DNA of 64,000 bases from Candidatus Poribacteria bacterium (GTDB lineage Bacteria; Poribacteria; WGA-4E; GCA-2687025), in assembly GCA_963665845.2 (NCBI GenBank), contig OY762492.1:1216001-1280000 (forward strand), given 5' to 3'. Below, piece after piece: positions 56,223-64,000 of the stretch (positions within the stretch are counted from its first letter, which is position 1; each line of letters opens with the position of its first letter). The position numbers and the translations under genes were made by a program. The notes beneath the pieces were generated by a model. The model did no database searches and had not been told where the DNA came from. It worked only from the letters and a program-made list of their open reading frames with translations.

Positions 56223-57836
56223 ATGACAGGCGCAAAACGAACGGTTGAGGTGTGCGACGAAACGCTCCGAGACGGCGGACAAGCGGAAGGCATCGCCTTT
56301 TCGGTTGAAAGCAAACTCATTTTACTGCAAGCGTTCGACGAAATCGGCATTCATTTTGTCGTCGGAGGATGGCCCTATTCAAACCCGCGCGACATCGAAT
56401 TCTTTAAACGCGCCAAAGAGCTGGATCTAAAAACCGCGAATCTCATGCCGTTCGGAAGCACGCGGCGAAAAAATCTGCCCCCGGACGAAGACCCGAACCT
56501 GCTCGCCCTCGTCGACACCAGCTGCCGATACGCGACCATCTTCGGCAAAAGCTGGACATTCCATGCAACCGACATCTTGAGAGTCTCGTTAGAGGAAAAC
56601 CTAGAGATGATCCGCTCCTCGGTCGATTTTTTGACGCAGCGGGGTATGAATGTCCTCTACGACGCCGAGCATTTTTTTGACGGGTACCAGCATGACGCCG
56701 ACTATGCGCTCGCTTCGCTGCGCGCGGCGGCTGAAGGCGGAGCCTGTCGTCTCGTCCTTTGCGACACGAACGGCGGAGCGCTCCCTTCCCAGCTGGCGGA
56801 CGCCGCCGCGCATGTCTGCGAGGCATTTCCCGATTATATCATCGGAATCCACACCCACAACGACTCTGGAACCGCCGTCGCCAACACGCTCATGGCGGTC
56901 GAACAAGGCGTCGGGCATGTGCAAGGGACCTTCAACGGACATGGCGAACGGTGCGGAAACGCCGACCTGTGCGCCATCATTCCGAACCTTGAACTCAAAA
57001 TGGACTGCGATGTTGTCGGGCGGGACAATCTGCGAGAGCTGATGCGCGTCTCGCGGCTTGTGAACGAAATGGCGAACCACGCCCATAACGACAAGGCGCC
57101 GTATGTCGGGCGCTCCGCCTTCGCCCACAAAGGCGGCGTTCATATCGATGCGGCGCGCAAAAACCCGCTTTCCTACGAGCACGTTGCGCCTGAAACGGTC
57201 GGCAACGTCCAGCGCGTTCTGATCTCCGATCAAGCGGGGCGCAGCGCCATTATTGAAAAGATCGAGAGCGACTACCCGCACCTTGACAAACGTTCCCCGG
57301 AGGTTCAGCGCATCTACGAACGGCTGAAGGAGGCGGAACAGCTCGGATATGAGTTTGAAGGCGCGGACGCTTCCTTCCTGCTGCTCGCGCAAAAGGCGAT
57401 GGGGCATTTTCAGTCCGCGTTTGAGCGGGTCGGATTTCGCATCATCGTTGAAAAGTTTCTGACGCGCGACATGCGCTCCGAAGCGACCGTCAAGATACTG
57501 GACCCCAGCGGAGCCGAGGAGCATTCCGCCGCCGAAGGCAACGGACCGATCAACGCGCTCGACTCCGCCCTGCGAAAAGCGCTGGACAGGTTCTATCCGC
57601 AGTTTCAGCATGTGTTCCTTCAAGACTACAATGTGCGCATCCTGGATTCTCAACGCTCCACCGCCGCCCGCATCCGCGTTCTCATCACATCGTCGGACGG
57701 CGAGGACACATGGGGAACGGTCGGCGTCTCTGAAAACATCATCGAAGCCTCTTGGGAGGCGCTGGTCGACAGCTATGAGTATAAGATCTACAAAGATGAG
57801 CGCGAGCGGAAGCGGAACGGGCAGCGGGCAAAATAA
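56223..57836 (+). CDS. cimA: Citramalate synthase
   Basis: DETLRDG.QAEG, GGWP.SNP, FGKSW, YDAEHFFDG, HTHND, AHKGG.H, GVSENIIEASW. Confidence 0.92.
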   Translation: MTGAKRTVEVCDETLRDGGQAEGIAFSVESKLILLQAFDEIGIHFVVGGWPYSNPRDIEFFKRAKELDLKTANLMPFGSTRRKNLPPDEDPNLLALVDTSCRYATIFGKSWTFHATDILRVSLEENLEMIRSSVDFLTQRGMNVLYDAEHFFDGYQHDADYALASLRAAAEGGACRLVLCDTNGGALPSQLADAAAHVCEAFPDYIIGIHTHNDSGTAVANTLMAVEQGVGHVQGTFNGHGERCGNADLCAIIPNLELKMDCDVVGRDNLRELMRVSRLVNEMANHAHNDKAPYVGRSAFAHKGGVHIDAARKNPLSYEHVAPETVGNVQRVLISDQAGRSAIIEKIESDYPHLDKRSPEVQRIYERLKEAEQLGYEFEGADASFLLLAQKAMGHFQSAFERVGFRIIVEKFLTRDMRSEATVKILDPSGAEEHSAAEGNGPINALDSALRKALDRFYPQFQHVFLQDYNVRILDSQRSTAARIRVLITSSDGEDTWGTVGVSENIIEASWEALVDSYEYKIYKDERERKRNGQRAK

Positions 57837-57846
57837 CGCCATCGCG

Positions 57847-58022
57847 CGCGGCTAAAACCCCCCTAGCCCCCCTTTTCAAGGGGGAATTGGACGCGCCCCT
57901 TATAGCCTGCCCCCGTGAAAACGGGGTCATTCCCGCGTAAGCGGGAATCTTAAGGCATCGCAGCCAGCGCGCGGCTAAAACCCCCCTAGCCCCCCTTTTC
58001 AAGGGGGGAATCGGACGCGCGG
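57847..58022. repeat. BIME-like array REP-B / REP-A / REP-B
   Basis: REP-B at ~57852 and ~57975 flanking the CCCCGTGAAAACGGGG + REP-A block. Confidence 0.85.
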
Positions 58023-58116
58023 CGCTGTCATTTGTAACGGACGCCCCTTCGCCTTCGTTTAGTGGATGCAACGCCAATTCATGCGCATCAACGCGCCAAC
58101 GCAAGAGGAGCGACCA

Positions 58117-58512
58117 ATGGGAAACCCAGTTGTCCACTTTGAGTTTTACGCCAAGGACATGAAAGCGCAGAGCGAGTTCTACGCCGGGATTTTTGGATGG
58201 GAAACGACGGCCCATGACGAATCGGGCTACGTCATTTTCAACACCGGCAGCGAGGAAGGCATCGGCGGCGGCGGAATTCAGATGGACGGCGAACATGAAG
58301 GGATGAAACCCTACATCACTTTTTATATTCAGGTGGACGACCTGCAGGCGAGCCTGGCAAAAGTGAACGCGGGCGGCGGACAGACGATCATGCCGCCGAT
58401 GGAGATCCCAGGCTCCAAGGGGGCTGCCAGCATGGCTCTTTTCCTTGACCCAGAACAAAACGTGGTCGGCCTCTACACGGTGAACGATCCCGACGCGGTC
58501 TGCGACGACTAG
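58117..58512 (+). CDS. VOC/glyoxalase family protein
   Basis: MGNPVVHFEF, FY..IFGW, YIQVDDL, ALFLDPEQN.VGL. GAGGAG RBS. Confidence 0.9.
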   Translation: MGNPVVHFEFYAKDMKAQSEFYAGIFGWETTAHDESGYVIFNTGSEEGIGGGGIQMDGEHEGMKPYITFYIQVDDLQASLAKVNAGGGQTIMPPMEIPGSKGAASMALFLDPEQNVVGLYTVNDPDAVCDD

Positions 58513-58530
58513 TCGGATCGATTCGCCAAA

Positions 58531-58603
58531 CTGACCTAAGGCTTTAGTTGAGACATGTCCGCATTGGAAACGCGGACATCTTCTGCTTGCGCGGGAATGA
58601 CGA
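58531..58603 (-). mobile_element. Degenerate, internally deleted MITE copy
   Basis: CTGACCTAAGGCTTTAGTTGAGACA...GCTTGCGCGGGAATGACG. Confidence 0.65.
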
Positions 58604-58612
58604 TGCGGAAAG

Positions 58613-59392
58613 TCAGTCTAAACGGAAAAATCGGCGCGCCGCTTCGGATGTCTTCTGGGCGGCGCGCTCAAACGATTCCCCCCGCGCCGACGCGACCGCC
58701 TCGGCTGCCGCGCGAACATAAGACGGCTCATTTCGCTTTCCGCGCCAGGCTTGAGGCGCCAGCCATGGGCTGTCTGTCTCGACCATGACCCGACCGATCG
58801 GCAGCGTTTCAACCGCCTTGCGCAGTTCGTCCGATTTTGGGTAGGTTAAAATTCCGCCCAAACCGAAATAGCAGCCGATCTCGACAGCGCGCGCCGCTTC
58901 TTCAACAGAGCCGCTAAAACAGTGCAGCAGCGCGGATGAACCCATGCCGACCGCTTCCAGCGCGTCCATCACATCCTCGGCGGCGGCGCGTTGATGAATC
59001 ACAAACGGCAGCCCCGTCTCGGCGGCCAGCTCCATTTGTCCATGAAAGGCGCGCATCTGATCCGTTTTAGAAGCATGGTTCCGGTAGTAATCCAGCCCCG
59101 TTTCGCCGACAGCGACCGCCTTTGGATGTTGAGACAAGGCGCGCAACTCTCGCTTGACCGACTCGCTCCATGAACCCGCCTCATGCGGATGCAGCCCAAC
59201 CGCCGCCCAGCAGATCGCATGCGCTTCCGCCAGCTCCAGCGCCGCGCGCGACGACTCGGCATTGATGCCGATATTGACAATCGCCTCCACCCCCGCCTCC
59301 TCGGCGCGCTGAAGTACCGCCTTCCGATCCTCGTCAAATGCGGGCAGCTGAAGATGCGCATGCGTGTCGATGAGCGTCCATCCGCGCGTCAA
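58613..59392 (-). CDS. tatD: TatD-family nuclease
   Basis: DTHAH, GLHPH, GETGLDY, IH.R, LHCFSG, ETDSP.L.P..RGKRNEP. Confidence 0.93.
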   Translation of the reverse strand: MTRGWTLIDTHAHLQLPAFDEDRKAVLQRAEEAGVEAIVNIGINAESSRAALELAEAHAICWAAVGLHPHEAGSWSESVKRELRALSQHPKAVAVGETGLDYYRNHASKTDQMRAFHGQMELAAETGLPFVIHQRAAAEDVMDALEAVGMGSSALLHCFSGSVEEAARAVEIGCYFGLGGILTYPKSDELRKAVETLPIGRVMVETDSPWLAPQAWRGKRNEPSYVRAAAEAVASARGESFERAAQKTSEAARRFFRLD

Positions 59393-61296
59393 GACACTTC
59401 CGCTCCGTCTGCGATCTCTCGGTCAAACTCGGCAACGACGAGAGCCTCTCCGTCTTTGCCCGCCAACAGCATTCCCTGCGATTCAATGCCGAAGATCTTG
59501 CGCGGGGCGAGATTGGCGACGATCGCAATGCGCTTGCCGACCAGCTCTTCAGGCGCGTAATGCTCCGCGACGCCGGCGACAATGACGCGCGTTTCCTCCC
59601 CGACCTGCGTTGTCAACTTCAACAGCTTGTCCGCTTTCGGGACCCGCTCCGCCGCCGCGACGCGCGCGACGCGCAGATCAATTTTGCGAAAATCGTCAAA
59701 ACTGACGACGCCTGTTTCTTTTTCCGGCGCCTTCGCTTTCGGCTTGCTTTTTGGTTGAGTGGGCGTTTCCGCCTCCGCTTTCACATCTATGCGCGGGAAC
59801 AGCGGGCTTGCTTCGCCGATTGGTTTGCCCGCCTCTAAGCCGCCCCAGACCAGCCCGTCAAAGTTCACTGCCGACACGCCCAGCTGCGCGCGCAGCTGTC
59901 CCGCCGACGACGGAATGAACGGCGCCAGCATCGCCCCCGCCCAGCGCAGCGCCTCCATCGCGTGGTATAGAACGGTTCCCGCGCTGTCCAGGTCTCCCTG
60001 CTTCGCCAGGTTCCACGGCTGCCGTTCGGACAGATACCGGTTCGTCTCCCGTATGAGCGACATCGGCTCGTCCAGCGCCAGATGCAGCTGATACCGATCC
60101 ATCAACGCATGCATCCGTTCAAGCCGCGCCGCCGCAAACTGCGCCAGCGCCTGTTCGCTTTCCCCAGGCTCGTCCGCAGGGGGAGCCGACCCGTTGAAAT
60201 GCGCGTTCACAAGCCGCAGCGTCCGATTCAGCAGGTTCCCCAAATCGTTCGCCAGGTCGGCGTTATACCGCGCCGCAAAGGACTCCCATGTGAAGTCGCC
60301 GTCCTGATCAAACGGCATATTGCGCAGCAGAAAATACCGCACCGCGTCCACTCCGTAGGCCTCCACCGCCGCCACGGGATCGACGAAGATGCCGCGCGTC
60401 TTGCTCATCTTCTCGCCTTTGAGGTGGAGAAACCCATGCACCGCCGCCCGCTTCGGCAACGGCAAGCCGGCGCTCATGAGCATCGCGGGCCAATAGACGC
60501 AGTGAAAACGCCACATGTCCTTTCCCATGATATGTACGTCGCATGGCCAGTACTTCTCGTACATCTGCGGATTGTCGGGAAAGCCGACGCCGGTCAAATA
60601 GTTGATGAGCGCATCGAACCAGACATACATGACATGGTTCTCGTCAATGGGGCATGGAACGCCCCATTGCTTGTCGGCGCGCGTCACGCTGAAATCGTCT
60701 AGACCGCGCTCAATGAACGCGAGAACCTCGTTCCGGCGCGACTCTGGATACACCCAATCAGGACGGTCCCGAAACAGCTGCAGGAGCCGATCTTCGTATT
60801 TTGAAAGGGCAAAAAAGTAGTTTTTTTCTGAAACCCACTCGCATTTTTTCTGATGTTCCGGGCAGTCGGTTCCGCCGACAAGTTCCTCTTCATTGTAAAA
60901 TGTGTTGCATGAGTTGCAGTAGTAGCCTTCATATTCGCCTAGGTAGATGTCGCCGTTGTCGTAAGCGCGCTGAAACATCTCCTGGGAGGCGCGCCAGTGC
61001 CGCGGCTCCGTCGTGCGGAGCATGTCGTCAAAAGAGATGTCCAGCTTCTCCCATGTGTTGCGGAAACCTGCCGCGATCTCATCCAAATAGACCTTCGTTT
61101 CCTTGCCAAGCTCCCGCGCTCTCTTCTCGGAATCCTGCGAATTTTCGTCCAGACCCGTCAAGAACCACACATCTCGACCGCAAAGGCGGTGGTAGCGGGC
61201 GAGCGCATCCGCCGCGGCGAACTCATACGAATGCCCCAAATGCGGCAGTTTGTTCACATACGGAATCGTCGTCGTGATGTAGTAGGTTGAATCCAT
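59389..61296 (-). CDS. metG: Methionine--tRNA ligase with C-terminal tRNA-binding domain
   Basis: YITTTIPYVN..PHLGH, YVWFDALINY, KMSKT, ANDLGNL, ESQGMLLA. Confidence 0.97.
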   Translation of the reverse strand: MDSTYYITTTIPYVNKLPHLGHSYEFAAADALARYHRLCGRDVWFLTGLDENSQDSEKRARELGKETKVYLDEIAAGFRNTWEKLDISFDDMLRTTEPRHWRASQEMFQRAYDNGDIYLGEYEGYYCNSCNTFYNEEELVGGTDCPEHQKKCEWVSEKNYFFALSKYEDRLLQLFRDRPDWVYPESRRNEVLAFIERGLDDFSVTRADKQWGVPCPIDENHVMYVWFDALINYLTGVGFPDNPQMYEKYWPCDVHIMGKDMWRFHCVYWPAMLMSAGLPLPKRAAVHGFLHLKGEKMSKTRGIFVDPVAAVEAYGVDAVRYFLLRNMPFDQDGDFTWESFAARYNADLANDLGNLLNRTLRLVNAHFNGSAPPADEPGESEQALAQFAAARLERMHALMDRYQLHLALDEPMSLIRETNRYLSERQPWNLAKQGDLDSAGTVLYHAMEALRWAGAMLAPFIPSSAGQLRAQLGVSAVNFDGLVWGGLEAGKPIGEASPLFPRIDVKAEAETPTQPKSKPKAKAPEKETGVVSFDDFRKIDLRVARVAAAERVPKADKLLKLTTQVGEETRVIVAGVAEHYAPEELVGKRIAIVANLAPRKIFGIESQGMLLAGKDGEALVVAEFDREIADGAEVS

Positions 61297-61313
61297 GCCG
61301 CCCTTTCCGGTAC

Positions 61314-62762
61314 CTATTTTTCCGACGCGCGCAGCTCAAGGATGTTGAGCGTCTGCAAGACGCCGAACGTCAGCTCCAGCGCCGTGTCCGATTCCAGCTC
61401 GCCTTGGCTTAGCTGAATGCGCCGCGCGTCCGCCGGCGTTTGTCCCAGCGTCGCGTCCAACGCGATCCATTCTCCGACATACGCTTCATGCCAAAAATGG
61501 TAGTAAAACCCGTCCTTCATCCAGACGACGCCGGACGCGATCCGCGCCGGTATGCCCGCCGCGCGCGTCAACGCAACCGCCAGCATCGTATGCTCCGTGC
61601 AGTCGCCCGTCTGCGAATCGAGCGTCTCTTTTGCCGTCGCATAACCTCGGTCGAACCGCTTCTCCTTCACATATTTGTGCGTCCACTCGGAGACGCGCTT
61701 TGCCGCTTCCCAGGCGCCCTCCGCTCCGTCCACAATTTCAGCCGCCTTGGCGCGAATCTCCGGATCGTCCGCCTGAACGTACAACGTTGACGACAAAAAC
61801 GGCGCCAGCTCCGCGCTCTTTATCGGGTAAGGTACGCTCTCCTTCGGCGGCGCGTCTCTCTTCACCTCTAGCGTCATCCAGTCGGAATCGGCAATTGGGG
61901 TCAAGGTTTGGCGGTTCGTGTTCGGCGCCGCGTTGGACAGGTCTTTTTTAAGCAGCCGCGCCTCGGCGGTAAAATGTTCGGGGTCGCTCGGCGGCGCGCC
62001 TTGGAACTCCGCCTTCGTGGAGATCACAATGTCAAAACGCCCTTCAGGGGTCTCCGTCGCCTCCTTCTCGGTCGCGCGCGCCAGACGTATCGAAAAACCT
62101 CCCAGCGGAATGATCGTCTCCAACGCGGCGCCGTCCTTGGTTATGTAGGTCGTCACCTCAATTTGAAGCTGCTCCAGCAGATAGACCGTCGCAAAGGTTT
62201 CTTCGTCCTCCGAATCGATGGCAGAGACGCGGTAGGAGATCGGACTCATCAGGTCGTAGTTGAAAGAGAAATAGGACGCCTTGTCGCCCACTTTAAAGGC
62301 GCGGTCATGCAGCAGCAACGGCAGCGCCTCTTCAAACACCGCGCCCGCCGGCATCCCAACCGTTTTTTCGTACTGCTCGCCGCCGAGCAGAATGGAGAGC
62401 TGCATCTCCTCGCCGACCGCGCGCCCTTCAACCCGTTTCTCGCCGCCCTCTTCCTGACTTATATAAGAAAAGCTGCGCGGCGCAAACGGCGGCTCCGCGT
62501 CAAAACGAACCACCCGAGTCTGTCGAACATCGACAGGGAAGCCGAAGCGGCTCAACTTCATTAAAAACTCGGTCTGTACGACAATCTCCGACTCAACCTT
62601 CTCGCTGCGGATCCACATGCTGCCGACATGGGCGCCCATGATCTCGACGCGGTACCAGTCTTCCCAGTCGACCGGAACCTTCGGCATCGCGTCCAGAGCA
62701 AACGCCGTCTGCCCCGCCCATATCATCGCCATTCCCAACAGTACCGCTGCAGCGTTTCGCAT
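61314..62762 (-). CDS. Exported transglutaminase-like domain protein
   Basis: Signal peptide; GDCTEH, RAAGIPAR, YHFWHE, WIALDAT. Confidence 0.85.
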   Translation of the reverse strand: MRNAAAVLLGMAMIWAGQTAFALDAMPKVPVDWEDWYRVEIMGAHVGSMWIRSEKVESEIVVQTEFLMKLSRFGFPVDVRQTRVVRFDAEPPFAPRSFSYISQEEGGEKRVEGRAVGEEMQLSILLGGEQYEKTVGMPAGAVFEEALPLLLHDRAFKVGDKASYFSFNYDLMSPISYRVSAIDSEDEETFATVYLLEQLQIEVTTYITKDGAALETIIPLGGFSIRLARATEKEATETPEGRFDIVISTKAEFQGAPPSDPEHFTAEARLLKKDLSNAAPNTNRQTLTPIADSDWMTLEVKRDAPPKESVPYPIKSAELAPFLSSTLYVQADDPEIRAKAAEIVDGAEGAWEAAKRVSEWTHKYVKEKRFDRGYATAKETLDSQTGDCTEHTMLAVALTRAAGIPARIASGVVWMKDGFYYHFWHEAYVGEWIALDATLGQTPADARRIQLSQGELESDTALELTFGVLQTLNILELRASEK

Positions 62763-62777
62763 CGTTCTCCCAATCTC

Positions 62778-64000
62778 TTACGGCGTCGATTCGTCATCCA
62801 TCAAGGCGCGGAGCCGCGCGCGCGCCGACACCGCAAACGCGCCCGTCGCGTTCCGCTTCAACAACCGCTGATACGCATCAATGGCGCCCGTTCGGTTTCC
62901 GCTTTCATCGTAGAGCCGCCCCAGCGCGGTCAGCGCCTGCGCGCCTAAATGCCCCTCTTCTTTCGCCAGCGTCTCGTACGCGGCGGCGGCGCGCTCCGCG
63001 TCGCCCGCTTCCATCGCCGTCTCCGCCAGCAGGGAGAGCGCGTCCTGCGCGAGCGGAACCCGCTTCGCCGCCTCCGCAGCCTCCTCGCAGACCGACATCG
63101 CCTCGGTCAGTTTTCCGTTCGCGCGCAGCCGCAGCGCCGCGGCGTAAAGGCGCAGCGCTTCCGCGTTGCCTGCGCCGTTGTGTATCAAGGCGATGCGCGC
63201 CAGAGCGTCGTTCGACGACTCCGATTCAAGATAGGTTTCGGCGACCTTTTCATAAAGCGTTTCCGCCGCTTCATGCTCTCCGTTGAAGAACAGTATCTCC
63301 GCCGTTAGAAACATGCGTTTCGATTCTTTTTCAGGAAAACTGGAGCGGTTCTGAACCAGCGCAACGCCCGCCGACGCAAGATCGCCCAGGAGCAGATACG
63401 CCTCCGCTGTCAGAATCGTCAAATCCTCCAGTTGCGGCTTCAGCTGCGGCAAGGCGGACGCCTCCTGCAGATGCGCCAGCGCCAGATCGGGGCGGCGCAT
63501 TCCGCGCATATACGCCAGCGCCAGCCGCGCGTCCAGATCGGGATCCGACTGCCGAAGCGGGTCGAACTGTATCGCGGAACGGTACGCTTCCGCGCACTCT
63601 TCATACAGCCCTAGCGCCTCCTGCGCCCGCCCGACCATCGCATAACGGCGCGCGACGCCGGGCGCGGTCGGGTTCAGATCGATGGCGCCTTTCAAGAAAC
63701 GCAGAGCCTCCTTCTGCCGCTCCTTTTCGATGAGCGTTTCGCCAAACTGCTCCATCGCCGCAACCGAGTCGATGCGTCCATGGAGCGCTTTTAGTCGGTT
63801 CAAACTTTCCTCGTACTCTTCAGCTAAAAACGCGAAATCCGCCGCTGTCAATTGCGCTGTCAGATCCTGCGAACGGTCCGCCTCCCCGCTCAAACGTTCA
63901 TACTCTTGACGGAGCCGATCCGCCGGCAGCATTTCCTTGACCGCCTCTAAAATCGGGCGGCGCGCCGCGTAGCTGAAACCGAGATGGGGCAGCGAACGCA
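62778..64000 (-). CDS. Large TPR protein, 5' end likely beyond window
   Basis: Serial TPR helices; the frame appears to continue past the ORF-track start at 63932. Confidence 0.75.
   Translation of the reverse strand, partial: RSLPHLGFSYAARRPILEAVKEMLPADRLRQEYERLSGEADRSQDLTAQLTAADFAFLAEEYEESLNRLKALHGRIDSVAAMEQFGETLIEKERQKEALRFLKGAIDLNPTAPGVARRYAMVGRAQEALGLYEECAEAYRSAIQFDPLRQSDPDLDARLALAYMRGMRRPDLALAHLQEASALPQLKPQLEDLTILTAEAYLLLGDLASAGVALVQNRSSFPEKESKRMFLTAEILFFNGEHEAAETLYEKVAETYLESESSNDALARIALIHNGAGNAEALRLYAAALRLRANGKLTEAMSVCEEAAEAAKRVPLAQDALSLLAETAMEAGDAERAAAAYETLAKEEGHLGAQALTALGRLYDESGNRTGAIDAYQRLLKRNATGAFAVSARARLRALMDDESTP

Overview
GC-rich bacterial chromosomal window, mostly housekeeping and metabolic genes: moaB (partial), trmB, DAHP synthase, queG, map, mqnE, dGTPase, dppBC, rpsA-metK-ahcY, tRNA-Arg(TCT), L-rhamnose isomerase, coaD, a UvrD-type helicase, sat, cimA, tatD and metG. 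These are interspersed with WD40, TPR, transglutaminase-like and DUF6785-like proteins. That mix suggests a Poribacteria-like or other host-associated lineage (inference only). The most interesting signal is non-coding and nested. A ~167-bp MITE family (26-bp TIRs, 6-bp target duplications at two copies) carries a REP/dRS3-like hairpin. One such hairpin is split by a 1.55-kb IS110 element (46642-48187). The element's upstream non-coding end has a readable bridge-RNA layout, with guides matching both the REP target and the element's own circle junction. The transposase copy appears damaged (frameshift plus DEDD->DEDN). Other oddities: a UvrD helicase with an inserted DnaQ exonuclease nested in a RecJ-like remnant, a TPR gene between 66-bp direct repeats, a 272-bp tandem duplication, a dGTPase lacking a canonical start codon, and several unannotated protein families. 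All family calls come from motif recognition by eye, not database searches.
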